Shown: positions 36,445 to 50,298, counted from the whole stretch's first letter. The stretch is 63,811 nt of DNA, filler included, from Octopus bimaculoides (GCF_001194135.2; 5 parts of 5 records of this genome joined end to end with filler, not necessarily neighbours in it), one strand, 5' to 3'. Translations and numbers: made by a program. The notes: a model not told the origin generated them from the letters alone.

Positions 36445-37725
36445 GGCCAAACGGGAAATCCTCGGAACTTTCCAGGAATTCTCATCCTTGGAAATTTCCA
36501 GGAATTCCCCGGAATTTTTCAGGAAGTCCCATTCTGTGAACTTTCCAGGAAGTACCTCTTTCACGGAACTTTCCAGGAAGTCCTATTCCATGAACTTTCT
36601 AGAAAATCCTCGGAACTCTCCAGGAATTCATCGGAATTTTCCAGGAAGTCACATCCTGCTCATCCTTGGAACTTTCCAGGAAATCCTCAGAATCTTCCAG
36701 GTATTCCCGTCCTCTGAACTTTTCAGGAAGTAACTCACCCTCGGAATTTTCCAGAAAGCCCTATCCTCGGATCTTTCCAGGAATTCCTCGCAATTTTCCA
36801 GGATTTCTAAACCTTGAAACTTCCCAGGAAGTAGTTCATCCTCGGAACTTTCCATGAAGTCCTCGGAATTTTCCAGGGAGTCCCATCATCGGAACTTTCC
36901 AGGAAGTAGCTTATCCATTCCAGGAAATCCTCGGGATTTTTCAGAAAGTCCCATTCTGGGAAGTTTCCAGGAAATACCTCTTCTTCGGAACTTTCTAGGA
37001 AATCCTCGTAACTTTCCAGGAAGTCCCATCCAGGGTAGTTTAGGATGAGGAGGAAATACTTTCTGGAAAGTTCCAATGAAGGGGGTGGGGGATTACTTCC
37101 TGGAAAGTTTCGAGGATGAGGAGGAAATGTTTCCTGGAAAGTTCTAGGGGGCGAATTACTTCCTGGAAAGTTCCAATGAGGGGAATTATTTCCTTCAATG
37201 TTCCAAGGATGAGGAGGAGGGGATTAATCACTTCCTGAAGAGTTCCGATGAAGGGGAATTATTTCCTGGAATGCTCCAAGGAAGAGAAGGAAGGGAGGAA
37301 TTACTTCTTGGAAAATATAAAGGAGCGGGAGGAATTACTTCCTGGAAATTTCAGAGCAATGGGAGTAATTACGTCCTGGAAAGTTCCGAGGAAGGGAAGG
37401 AGTTACTTTCTGGAAAGTTCCAAGGAAGGAGAGGAGAAGGATGAATTACTTTCTGGAAAGTTTCGAGGAATTGGAAGAATGGAAGGAATTAATTCGTGGA
37501 AAGTTCCAAGGAAGGTGAGGAAGGAGAGGAGTTACTTACTGGAAAGTTCCAAGGAAGGGGAGGAAAGGGAGGAATTACTTCCTGGAAAGTTCCGAGGAAG
37601 AGGAGCTAGTGGAGGAATTACTTCCTGGAAATGTCCGAGGAGAGTACTTATTTCCTGGAAAGCTCCGAGGAAGGAGACGAATTACTTCCTGGAAAGCTCC
37701 GAGAAGGCGGAGGAATTACTTCTTT
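36445..37725. repeat. Inverted minisatellite: left block of (TCCTCGGAACTTTCCAGGAA)-like units, right block of reverse-complement units
   Basis: Units of about 20-35 bp; orientation switches near 37040 from GGAACTTTCCAGGAAG to TTACTTCCTGGAAAGTTCC. Confidence 0.92.
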
Positions 37726-37974
37726 GAACGCTCTGAGGCGGGGGCGCTCATTATGCTGCTGCGGAATTTGGGTGCTCCAATAATGTGCAACGGCACGCAT
37801 ATGATAATCAAAATTTATACTCCCGAGTTCTACAGGCAACCATCTTGATTGGACCGGCCGCTGGTCACGATGTTCTTATAACTCTAGTGTCCCTCCCTCC
37901 GATACGTTCTACAAATTTAAGCGGCTTACCCTTTAAGAAATAGCAAGCATATTTGCTTTAATATATGTGCGTCA

Positions 37975-38400
37975 GAAGATGGCGAGCTGGTAGAAACGTT
38001 AGCGCGCTGGGCGAAATGCTTAGCGGTATTTCATCTGCCGTTACGTTCTGAGTTCGAATTCCGCCCAGGTCGACTTTACTTTTCATTTCGGAGTCAATAA
38101 ATTAAGTACCAGTTACGCACTGGGGTCGATGTAACCGACTTAATCCCTTTGTCTGTCCCTGTTTATCCTCTCTATGTTTGGCCCCTTGTGGCCAATAAAG
38201 AAATAAGAAACATTAGCACGCCGGGCGAAATGCTTAACGGTTTACGTTCTGAGTTCAAATTCCGCCAAGGTCGACTTTGCCTCTCCTCCTTTCGGGATCG
38301 ATAAATTAAGTACCAGTTGCGTATTGAGGTCGTGCAGAATTTAGGACTCAGAACGTAAAAAGGAACGAAATGCTGCTGAGCATTTTGCTTTGCGTGCTAA
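37975..38400 (+). mobile_element. Cluster of SINE family B copies
   Basis: GGCGAGCTGGTAGAAACGTTAGCGCGCTGGGCGAAATGCTTAGCGG at 37980 and a second copy from about 38210. Confidence 0.85.
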
Positions 38401-38424
38401 CGAATCTACCAGCTCGTCGTCTTA

Positions 38425-38468
<44 letters not shown>

Positions 38469-38504
38469 TAATAATAATAATAGTAGTAGTAGTAGTAATA
38501 AATA

Positions 38505-39019
38505 ATAATAAGGTCTCGAATTTGAAGGAAGGGATTAAGCTGATTACATCGATCCGTGAGTATAACTTATGTACTTATTTAATCGACCTCGAAAGGATGA
38601 ATGGCAAAGTCAACCTCAGCAGAATTCGAACTCAGAACGTTGCGACGTGCGAAAAACCGCTAAGCATTTCGCCCAACGTGCCACGGATTCCGGCAACTCG
38701 CTGTCTTAAATAATAATAATAATAATAATGATGATGATGATGATGATAATGATGATGATGATGATGATGATAATAATGATGATGATGATGATGTTGATGA
38801 TGATGATGATCCTTTTTACTATAGGCACAGGGCCTGAAATTTGATTGGAGAGTGTTAGTTCATTGCATTCAACTCCAGTGCATAACTGCTACTTATTTCA
38901 TCGACCCCGAAAGGATGAAAGGCAAAGTCGACCTCGGCGGAATTTGAACTCAGAACGTAGCGACTGACGGAATACCGCCATGCATTTCGTCTTTGTCCGG
39001 CATGCTAACGATTGCTCGC

Positions 39020-39020
<1 letters not shown>
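38505..39020 (-). mobile_element. Two SINE family B copies in minus orientation separated by (AAT)/(GAT)n
   Basis: CGACCCCGAAAGGATGAAAGGCAAAGTCGACCTCGGCGGAATTTGAACTCAGAACGT, present once exactly and once in diverged form. Confidence 0.85.
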
Positions 39021-39098
<78 letters not shown>

Positions 39099-39317
39099 TA
39101 ATAGTAATAATAATAATGTTTTCATTATTAATAATAATAAATTAGCTAACTACACAGCAACATCAACAGCAAGAGATGAGAAGCTGCAGCAGCAGCATCC
39201 GCGCCACCATGACCATCACTACGAACATTATCGCCATCGCCAAGCCAGATGACAATAATTGCAATAAAAGAGGCTGAGGGAACTGTAATTTCGTATAGGA
39301 CACGTAGAAGATGGCCA

Positions 39318-39545
39318 CGGAGGAGGAGGGAGAGGAGGGGAGGAGCTGAAGAAGAAGAAGAAGAAGAAGAAGAAGAAGAAGAAGAAGAAGAAGAAGAAGA
39401 AGAAGAAGAAGGAGGAGGAGGAGGAGGGGGAGGAGAAGAAGGAGAAGAAGGAGAAGAAGGAGAAGAAGAAGGAGAAGAAGAAGAAGAAGAAGAAGAAGAA
39501 GAAGAAGAAGAAGAAGAAGAAGAAGAAGAAGAAGAAGAAACGAAA
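39318..39545. repeat. Polypurine (GAA)n/(GGA)n tract
   Basis: About 225 bp that is almost all purine on the plus strand. Confidence 0.95.
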
Positions 39546-40565
39546 GCCCATCGATGATGTTGTTAATATTTCAAGCTAAATCATTCTAGCAGGAGATGCC
39601 GAAAGCGTAGCAAAAANNNNNNNNNNNNNNNNNNNNNNNNNNNNNNNNNNNNNNNNNNNNNNNNNNNNNNNNNNNNNNNNNNNNNNNNNNNNNNNNNNNN
39701 NNNNNNNNNNNNNNNNNNNNNNNNNNNNNNNNNNNNNNNNNNNNNNNNNNNNNNNNNNNNNNNNNNNNNNNNNNNNNNNNNNNNNNNNNNNNNNNNNNNN
39801 NNNNNNNNNNNNNNNNNNNNNNNNNNNNNNNNNNNNNNNNNNNNNNNNNNNNNNNNNNNNNNNNNNNNNNNNNNNNNNNNNNNNNNNNNNNNNNNNNNNN
39901 NNNNNNNNNNNNNNNNNNNNNNNNNNNNNNNNNNNNNNNNNNNNNNNNNNNNNNNNNNNNNNNNNNNNNNNNNNNNNNNNNNNNNNNNNNNNNNNNNNNN
40001 NNNNNNNNNNNNNNNNNNNNNNNNNNNNNNNNNNNNNNNNNNNNNNNNNNNNNNNNNNNNNNNNNNNNNNNNNNNNNNNNNNNNNNNNNNNNNNNNNNNN
40101 NNNNNNNNNNNNNNNNNNNNNNNNNNNNNNNNNNNNNNNNNNNNNNNNNNNNNNNNNNNNNNNNNNNNNNNNNNNNNNNNNNNNNNNNNNNNNNNNNNNN
40201 NNNNNNNNNNNNNNNNNNNNNNNNNNNNNNNNNTATATATATATATATATATATATATATGCATTTATATATAGACGTGTATATATATATGTATGTATAT
40301 ACGTAGCTACATACATATATAGATATGTGTGTGTGTGTATACATATACATATATGTGCAGAAGTATATATACACAAGTATACACGACACGAATACTTACA
40401 TACACATATACACATATACACACATACGTACAGGCACACACACACACACACACATATACGTATCTAAACGCACATACATAAACACGCACATATATACATA
40501 CGCACACATACGTAAATACAAGCATATACACACACACGTACACGCGTACATACTCATGCATGCAG

Positions 40566-40639
<74 letters not shown>

Positions 40640-41131
40640 GTATGTGTGCTTAACAAAAGGGAACCTAGATGACCATTTGCCATTTAACCACCAACTGGCG
40701 TCAAACCATCTCTGCTACCACAATCATATTCACCGCAACCACCTCTGTTCCCGCCACAAAAATCAGCGAACAGCACCACGTCGTTTCTAATGACCATTCT
40801 CTGTCTGCCTGATTCTGTCTCCCCCTCTCTCTCTCTCTTCCACTCTCCGTCCATATATATATATATATATATGTGTGTGTGTATATATAAACGTGTGTGT
40901 GTGTGTGTGTGTGTTAGTTGGTGCTGCTGCGTGCTGTTAACATCGCTGCTGTAATCGGCCGAATCAGTGAGGGTGACAGGTCGCCTTTGTAAAGAAGTAA
41001 CACTGACCGACCGATCAACTAAGCAGCTAATGAACGTACTAAGCAACCACTCGAGTGACTGGCTGGAATCATTTCACTGATAATTAGACAGCTATGTCAA
41101 TCCTTTGCCGAACCTCCCATCATCATCATCA

Positions 41132-41180
<49 letters not shown>

Positions 41181-42386
41181 AGACTTTATCATCATCACCA
41201 CCATTGTTATGATAAAAAGCTTTATTATCATCACTATTATTTTTATTATTGCTGTTATCTTTATCATTGTTACTATTATAATCATTATCATTAACGTTAT
41301 TATTATTAATAGTAGTAGTAGTATTGTTGTTGTTGTTGTTGTTGCTGTTGTTGCTGTTATCTACTAATTTTCTTGGCAGCTTCCAAGGGATGAATTAATA
41401 ATGTATGGACTTTTGCAATCCAGAAGCTATGGAGAGTAAATGTGATAGCTATGGTGACGGTGGTGGTGGTGGCGACGGCGGAAGCGGCGGTGGTGGTGGT
41501 GGTTCGTGCCAACAGTATTTCTACCATACGTTGTTGTTGTTGTTATTGTTGTAGTGACGATGGTGGTTTGGTAGATGCTTGTGACATGGCATGGTGGTTC
41601 TAGTATAGGACCATTCATGCAGTTCTGATGACAGAGTTGTTGTTCATCTTGTTGACAACGGTGGCGCTGGCGCTGACGGTAATTGCAAAGTTTGCTGACG
41701 GCAGAAGTCACTAATTTTGTTGGTGTTACTAGTGGAAACTTAGTCGTTTTAATGGGAGGTTGGTTGACTGTGATATAATTGATGTTGGTCTTCGTGAACG
41801 TTGTTATTGCTGTTGTTGTTATTGTTGCTAATTGTATTAGTAGTAGTAGTAGTAGTAGTAGTTGTAGTGGTAGAGGTTGTAATACTGATGAGGAAGATAA
41901 TGGAGTAGTAGCAGTACTAATTGTGGTTGAGGTGGCGTAGAAAAGTTGAGAAAAGTAAATTCGATGCTGCTTGACTTAAGTTAGATGTGCAATGGAGTGA
42001 GACATGCGGCCATAATTGAAATCACACACACACAAACACACGCAAACACATCCACACACATCCACACACATCCACACACACAAGTAAATACTCAATCACA
42101 CACATACATACGTACATGCAAAACAGAGACATGCATACAAGAATACTAGCATACAGTTACATTTACACGCACTGAAACATACGTATGCGAATTTGTATAA
42201 ATACACACACTCACATATACACGCTGAGCAAAATAACACACACATACACACACATACACACACACACATACACACACACACACACACTCACAATCACATA
42301 TATGTGCATAAATGCGTGTATACGTATGTATATGTAAGCAGGCAAATACACACATGCTCACAAATATCTGTGTGGGGGGGATACAC

Positions 42387-42450
<64 letters not shown>

Positions 42451-42869
42451 CAGTGTGATAAGGAGCTTGCTTCCCAACCACATGGTTCCGAGTTCAGTCC
42501 CACTGCACGGATATTTCGGCTTTGACCCAAATGTTTGATCAATTCGGACTGACCCGTCTGAACACTAAACAACAACATTGAGATATTAGTTAGCGGTGTG
42601 GCATGAAACCCTCTACTCCTTTATTTCCGTTCTGTATTCTCTTGGACCGCGTTTCCCTGTTTGAATAATTGCAGTAGCATATCAGTACCTCTGAGAGTAA
42701 AGTCTGCATGAACTTCGCAACATCATTTTCTATTTCTTGACAATTAAACGTTGTGAGCGGTACTCTCTGACCCATCTGGCAACGAAACGTACACAGATTC
42801 CGGATGAGCCACTGGCAGATACATAACAACCTTAGTATTTGATGGCTATTTTATATTTATCTTTTACTT

Positions 42870-43225
42870 ATTTCATCCATTATACTCCGGCCATGGACAC
42901 TGCCCTGACAAGTTTTAGTCAAACGAATCGACCCCTGTACCTTCTTTTATAAGCCTGATTCTTATTCTATCGCTCTCTTTTGCCGAGCCACGATAAAGTG
43001 GGGATGTAACCAAACCAACATTTGTTACCAAGCTGTCATGAGAACAAACACAAAAAACGCATATACATACACACATACACGCAGACATACACACACGGCA
43101 TTCTTCTTCCAGTTTTTGTCTATCAAATACACTCACAAGGCTTTTGATTGTCCCAAAGTGCCATGCAACGGGACGGAACCCGGAACCATGCATTTGGAAA
43201 GCTAAGCTCTTATCACATAGCCACG
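42870..43225 (-). mobile_element. SINE family A, diverged
   Basis: GGCCATGGACACTGCC...CAAATACACTCACAAGGC...GGAACCCGGAACCATGC...TTATCACATAGCCAC. Confidence 0.75.
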
Positions 43226-43644
43226 ACTGCAGCTTTAGAACAATAAAACGCAGTATTGATCTGAGCGAAATTTGAACCCAGAGCAATAACAACTGGAACA
43301 ACTGCCAAAAGGTATTGTTTGACTTTCTAACAACCCGGCCAATTCACCACCATCTCACACAATAGCAGACGATATTTGATAAACTGTGAGTAAATTTAAT
43401 ATCATAACTTATTATGACATAAACCGACGTTTTGCACAGTTAACTGAACGCTTCCTCGTAAATGTTTGTTAAGCGTGGCATTAGATATTTACAGGATCAG
43501 AATACCGAGACCATTGCATCTCATACAACTTTAATATCTGTTCACCAAGGATATTCCATGTTCTTTCATTTGACCTTGATATTTAGTTTAGAACAATAGA
43601 CCAAGATCATTAAAGTTTCAAGCCCTCGGGTTCCCTATCTGCAC

Positions 43645-43718
<74 letters not shown>

Positions 43719-43844
43719 TAGTGGTAGTAGTTAGTAGTAGTAGTTAGTAGTAGTAGCTTGCTGTGGGCGCGTTTTGCAATAGAATGTAAATGATAGTGGA
43801 AATATTTTTATAATTGATAAAAAGTACTCATTTTCTATTGATAA

Positions 43845-43990
<146 letters not shown>

Positions 43991-44243
43991 ACGATGCAGG
44001 TTTTTTTAATTTTTGTCTGCAAAATTCGAGCTGGTCACTCACAAACAACCAAGCTTTTATATGTATGTAGATATATGGGCGCACGTATATGTGTATACGG
44101 CGTGCGTTTGTATGTATGTATGTATGTGTGTATGTGTGTATGTATGTATGCATGCATGTATGCATGCATATATGCATGTATGTATGCATGCATGTATGTA
44201 TGTATGTATGCATGTACAGACAGACAAACAAACAGACAAACAA

Positions 44244-44295
<52 letters not shown>

Positions 44296-44300
44296 GTAGG

Positions 44301-44366
<66 letters not shown>

Positions 44367-45982
44367 TTCGAAGATTCTCGATGACGGTTTCGGACGTACA
44401 AGTGAAGGACATTTGACATTGGAAGAGATTTAATTGTCCAGCTTGATCCTAGCCATTCTTACTCACAGATTCACTCATTCATTCAGTCCCCCGCCACTCA
44501 CTCTCATGCACTAACATTCACACAAAATGATCTATTTTTCATGACATTGTCTTTACATATGTCCAGTACGATGTTGCTTTTAATATGTTTTTGGCCGATA
44601 TGTCTCTAATGAAGCATTAAATCACCACAATGGTGGACGACAGCTTAGAAGCCAAACGTCCTCCCAAACGTGGATCATGCTGTTAAAACAATCATTCATT
44701 TATGACAAACGGATTGCTTGATTAAATTATTTTCCAATCTAGTCCGTTTGCAAATAGCCCATGTTAGCTCTATCACTGCATGGTGGAGCTAACAATATAG
44801 GCAAGAAACGTGGAACTGGACCGCAGGGTTAATGGCTTATATAAATGGTTGCCTTATAATAATGTTGCTGTTGTTGTTGTTGTGGTTGCTGTTTAACCCC
44901 AGGTTTATTCTGTTGAGTAGACCAAGTTATTATTGCGTGGTAGTGCTGGCGTTACTAGCAATGAGGCGAGGAACTGGATTAGAGAATTGGTTGTAGTTGC
45001 TTTGTTCATGTTTAACTCCAGATTAGCTCTGTCCAGTAGGCCTCTGAACAAAATGGATTCCAGCCATGCTTTTTGTTTCATACTTTATCTAATACAACAT
45101 TATCCACAGAACCATGGTTTCTTTTTTTTTTTCATTTTTTAAGGCGAATGGATATGATTTTGCTGTGAAGATTCTACTGTTATTTCTCGCAGGTCGAGTG
45201 ATTACACAAAAGTTCGTTCGTCGTCTTGATTTATCGGTCGCTAACATGCTGTTGCTGTCGTTATTGTGGTGGTCATTTAATTCTAGGTCAGCTCTAAAAG
45301 AATAGAACTATGAACAAAGATATCCCAGAATTGCCTCTTCGTATGTTTACGTGTAGCGGAGTCAACGATATTGAATGTGTTTTTACCTAATTTAAACTAG
45401 ACAACATGATTTAAAGATTTGCTTATATTTCTAGCAGGTCAAGTGGCTAAACAGAGACTCATTCGCCTAAACTTAGGCAGCGAGATTTGATATTAAACTA
45501 GGCATGTTCGATACCTATCGCTTTGTTTACAGAAATATAGTAAAAATTGAGATGTCAATTTTTCGTTTTAAGACTGCCTTCCAATATAAAATGAATACAG
45601 TTTAAATACAAAACGTCTTTGAAAGAATTAGTAAGTTATTAACTTCACCACTATTTTCATTTTCAGAAAAATTCATGTTATATTAGGTTGTTTTTAATTA
45701 GATAAATTATTGAAATTAGAGTTGTCTTCACTTAAATAATCTTATTGTATTTCATATTCTACAATCTTAATATTAACATTGTACGATAATTCACATTTAC
45801 TTCCAAGAAGTCTCTTCTGTAAACGATGTTGCTAGTCTAGGTTCTATTCTCATAATTACGATGTCCTTCTGGCTGTTTCAGAAATATTTGGCTTTTATTT
45901 CTAACAAATCGAGTAGCCATATAAGGGCTCCTAGATGTGCGTGTTTAAGTGTATATCTTTGTAATATTTGTGACAGACAAAG

Positions 45983-46195
45983 TGGCGAGCTGGCAGACAC
46001 GTTAGTACGCCGGGTGAAATGCTTAGCGGTATTTCGTTTGTCTTTATGTTCTGAGTTCAAATTCCGCCGAGTTTGACTTTGCCTTTCATCCTTTCAGGGT
46101 CGATAAATTAAGTACCAGTTCCGTATTAGGGTCGATCTAATCGACTAGCCACCTCCCCAAAAATTTCGAGCCTTGTGCCTAGAGTAGAAAAGAAT
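45983..46195 (+). mobile_element. SINE family B, near full length
   Basis: GGCGAGCTGGCAGACACGTTAG...TTCTGAGTTCAAATTCCGCCGAG...CTTGTGCCTAGAGTAGAAAAGA. Confidence 0.85.
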
Positions 46196-47240
46196 ATTTG
46201 TGGCAGACGATAAATATCAACTGAATATTTTGAATCATAATTTTGTTCACAATATTAACGCAACACTCCAATGAAATGTCTTAGCCAAAATTTCCTCATA
46301 CATTATTAACTAAGTAGTAAACGAAGAGTTTCAGAGAATCATTTTTTTATTCACAATTGTTTTATATCAAAAAGCATTTAAGGGGNNNNNNNNNNNNNNN
46401 NNNNNNNNNNNNNNNNNNNNNNNNNNNNNNNNNNNNNNNNNNNNNNNNNNNNNNNNNNNNNNNNNNNNNNNNNNNNNNNNNNNNNNNNNNNNNNNNNNNN
46501 NNNNNNNNNNNNNNNNNNNNNNNNNNNNNNNNNNNNNNNNNNNNNNNNNNNNNNNNNNNNNNNNNNNNNNNNNNNNNNNNNNNNNNNNNNNNNNNNNNNN
46601 NNNNNNNNNNNNNNNNNNNNNNNNNNNNNNNNNNNNNNNNNNNNNNNNNNNNNNNNNNNNNNNNNNNNNNNNNNNNNNNNNNNNNNNNNNNNNNNNNNNN
46701 NNNNNNNNNNNNNNNNNNNNNNNNNNNNNNNNNNNNNNNNNNNNNNNNNNNNNNNNNNNNNNNNNNNNNNNNNNNNNNNNNNNNNNNNNNNNNNNNNNNN
46801 NNNNNNNNNNNNNNNNNNNNNNNNNNNNNNNNNNNNNNNNNNNNNNNNNNNNNNNNNNNNNNNNNNNNNNNNNNNNNNNNNNNNNNNNNNNNNNNNNNNN
46901 NNNNNNNNNNNNNNNNNNNNNNNNNNNNNNNNNNNNNNNNNNNNNNNNNNNNNNNNNNNNNNNNNNNNNNNNNNNNNNNNNNNNNNNNNNNNNNNNNNNN
47001 NNNNNNNNNNNNNNNNNNNNNNNNNNNNNNNNNNNNNNNNNNNNNNNNNNNNNNNNNNNNNNNNNNNNNNNNNNNNNNNNNNNNNNNNNNNNNNNNNNNN
47101 NNNNNNNNNNNNNNNNNNNNNNNNNNNNNNNNNNNNNNNNNNNNNNNNNNNNNNNNNNNNNNNNNNNNNNNNNNNNNNNNNNNNNNNNNNNNNNNNNNNN
47201 NNNNNNNNNNNNNNNNNNNNNNNNNNNNNNNNNNNNNNNN

Positions 47241-47364
47241 CTGCCGGAGCCGCGCGGAGCTTTGGTGTTTCGCTCATAAACACACACATCGATGGGTCTG
47301 AGATTCGAACCCGCAATGCCTCGACTACGAGCCCGCTGCTCTAACCGCTGGGCCATGTGCCTCC
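47241..47364 (-). mobile_element. tRNA-headed SINE family D, 5' part
   Basis: rc GGAGGCACATGGCCCAGCGGTTAGAGCAGCGGGCTCGTAG...GGGTTCGAATCTC. Confidence 0.75.
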
Positions 47365-47409
47365 AAAATGATATTTGTAGTTTTGAATTCGTTTCATTAA
47401 AAGTGGAGT

Positions 47410-47622
47410 GGAGGCGCAATGGCCCAGTGGTTAGGGCAGCGGACACGCGGTTGTAGGATTGCCGTTTCGACTGCCGGACCGGGCGTTGTGAGTGTTTATT
47501 GAGTGAAAACACCTAAAGCTCCACGAGGCTCCAGCAGGGGACGGTAGCGAACCTTGCTGTACTCTTTCACCACCACTTTCTCTCACTCTTTTTTCCTGTT
47601 TCTGTTGTACCTGTATTTCAAA
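47410..47622 (+). mobile_element. tRNA-headed SINE family D, 3'-truncated
   Basis: GGAGGCGCAATGGCCCAGTGGTTAGGGCAGCGGAC...CCGGGCGTTGTGAGTGTTTATTGAG, matching the reverse complement of 58440-58552. Confidence 0.85.
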
Positions 47623-47799
47623 ATGTGTGTGTCATTGTGCGTGCATGTGTGCGTGTGCGAAGTTGTGTGTGTGTGTCAGTGCGTGTATGTGTGAGTGTGC
47701 GTGTAAGGGTGTGTGTGTGTGTGATGATGGATATCCGAGTGGTTGAGGCTGCTGAGCTCACAATCGTAAGATCGTGATTTCAAATCTTGGATCTATTTT

Positions 47800-48166
47800 A
47801 AAACGGGGGCCACAGTTTTCATTAATGTTTTACGTAGTGTTTTTGGTACGGAAAGACTTTCAAACTTCGTATACTTATCTATTTTGTGTTATAGAACAGA
47901 AAAATATTTTTGTATTCGAATTTATTTCATGTAAAAAATTGTCTTATTTCGATAATTTCTACTAATCACTGACGTCTATTCAGTTGAAAACAGTTAGCGC
48001 TGTAACGGTGTATATCGTATTAATCTCCTAACCCAAACCCTAACTAGACTGTTAACCGTAACCCTAACCCTAACCCTAACCCTAAAACTAACCCTAACTC
48101 GAGAATCCGAACTCTAAAATTGTTACACACATAGATACGCACAGCGTAATTTATTATATAAACAAT
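47800..48166. repeat. Probable non-autonomous DNA element containing a short (CCCTAA)n telomere-like tract (48028-48100)
   Basis: CCTAACCCAAACCCTAAC...AACCCTAACCCTAACCCTAACCCTAAAACTAACCCTAAC within otherwise complex sequence; ends are not defined because of the gap. Confidence 0.5.
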
Positions 48167-50298
48167 NNNNNNNNNNNNNNNNNNNNNNNNNNNNNNNNNN
48201 NNNNNNNNNNNNNNNNNNNNNNNNNNNNNNNNNNNNNNNNNNNNNNNNNNNNNNNNNNNNNNNNNNNNNNNNNNNNNNNNNNNNNNNNNNNNNNNNNNNN
48301 NNNNNNNNNNNNNNNNNNNNNNNNNNNNNNNNNNNNNNNNNNNNNNNNNNNNNNNNNNNNNNNNNNNNNNNNNNNNNNNNNNNNNNNNNNNNNNNNNNNN
48401 NNNNNNNNNNNNNNNNNNNNNNNNNNNNNNNNNNNNNNNNNNNNNNNNNNNNNNNNNNNNNNNNNNNNNNNNNNNNNNNNNNNNNNNNNNNNNNNNNNNN
48501 NNNNNNNNNNNNNNNNNNNNNNNNNNNNNNNNNNNNNNNNNNNNNNNNNNNNNNNNNNNNNNNNNNNNNNNNNNNNNNNNNNNNNNNNNNNNNNNNNNNN
48601 NNNNNNNNNNNNNNNNNNNNNNNNNNNNNNNNNNNNNNNNNNNNNNNNNNNNNNNNNNNNNNNNNNNNNNNNNNNNNNNNNNNNNNNNNNNNNNNNNNNN
48701 NNNNNNNNNNNNNNNNNNNNNNNNNNNNNNNNNNNNNNNNNNNNNNNNNNNNNNNNNNNNNNNNGGCGGGGCGGGGGAGGGGAGAGGAACTTTATGTCAT
48801 TTTCTGTAATTCTTAGTCAACCCCATGCCTTATGTGTAAAATTAAGGAGACGGAAACTGTGAAGAAGCCCCTGTCGAATTGATTGCACATGTAATTTAAA
48901 AGTTACAGTCTTGTAACATACTCTGTCACGTTGGTTCTGCCTGAGAATTACGTTAAGGCTAAACTTGACTGTGGAATGCTCTAATTAAGAGCAAATAATT
49001 CATTCAGTTCATCATACATTTGAAAACTCATCGTCGAAACCGACGGAGGACCATCCATATATGTCAGTATACGCATATTTATAAGCGCAAGTTGTAGACA
49101 GATTTATATACGGTTTCAGAAGCCGTGTGAGGAATCAAAGAGTGTTAAGCAAATTCATAAATTTAGGTTAACAACCCTTCCTCGGGGGTTCTCTACGCAA
49201 CACATGTAAACTCCCGAGGCGTTGCTGACGACATGTCGGTTTGCAAACCAGAAGAGAGTCAAAATGCGTTGATAAGGAAATCATTTGCCAGTGTTTTCCT
49301 TTGATTGTCACAAGTTTCTGTTTCGCTCATCCTCTGTTGTCATCCTCACCATTTCGCTATATGAACGTTGTTTACGACACTTCACTTCTTTCCATCCTCG
49401 CTTTCTAACTAACTTCCTCTCTACTGCTCCTCAAGCACCTATCGTCATCTGCTACGACACTCCACGGGAGGAAGATATTCATTTGATTAGCGTGAGATAT
49501 TTCCGCCTCTATCTATATACAAACATGTACGACAGCTCAGTTTGTAGCCAACTGATGACAGATTAGATCCGATAAAGCACAGTTTACACATTGCCCTTCC
49601 ATCGTCAATGAAGCAAAGTTGACAGAAGCCAAGCTAAAACAAGGCCATACAAGACGACGAGACATCTCGTCTAATTGAGGAAACTGACGTCTGCATGGAA
49701 TTTTAGCAACTAACATTGCAGCGACTGCCAAAGCTACGCGCTCTGCCTGATTGGCAACGGTATAAATGCCAGGATATGAAAGAGAATCTGCCTATTTTTA
49801 TATTCGTCTGAATGAAATCAGCTGCCACACTGACCAGGTCAAGTGTACACCTTACAATAACTGTAGGAAGTGAAATGTGTGAATGAAAGATTGATTGCGT
49901 GGTAAGGAGAAGGTGAGAGGTGGTATGTGGGTTAGTTATTGCTTTGTGTTACATGAACGCATCTCTCGTAAGCTTCAATGATGTGAACACAAAATGGATT
50001 TATTACCAGAAATATCCTCTTTAACGGCTACAAAATAAATATGAATACATACATGCATGCATATATANNNNNNNNNNNNNNNNNNNNNNNNNNNNNNNNN
50101 NNNNNNNNNNNNNNNNNNNNNNNNNNNNNNNNNNNNNNNNNNNNNNNNNNNNNNNNNNNNNNNNNNNNNNNNNNNNNNNNNNNNNNNNNNNNNNNNNNNN
50201 NNNNNNNNNNNNNNNNNNNNNNNNNNNNNNNNNNNNNNNNNNNNNNNNNNNNNNNNNTATATATATTTATACACACACGCACACTGGTGAATACATGT

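Noticed and set aside
36445-37725. CRISPR array, or the protein-coding ORFs overlapping the GGAACTTTCCAGGAA repeat
   Set aside because: Eukaryotic context, degenerate units with no unique constant-length spacers, and no cas genes; the ORFs are repeat translations in both directions.
42740-42830. Minus frame ESVYVSLPDGSESTAHNV resembling the missing Cobl xVxLPxG strand
   Set aside because: No polypyrimidine acceptor, a stop follows, and no good phase-2 donor gives the expected spacing. Worth checking only if RNA-seq junctions point here.
49553-49590. CTGATGA...GATAAAG hammerhead-like string (also CTGACGA near 49225, CTGATGA near 33642 and a rc relic near 43410-43450)
   Set aside because: The GAAA core or stems are missing; at most decayed PLE remnants.
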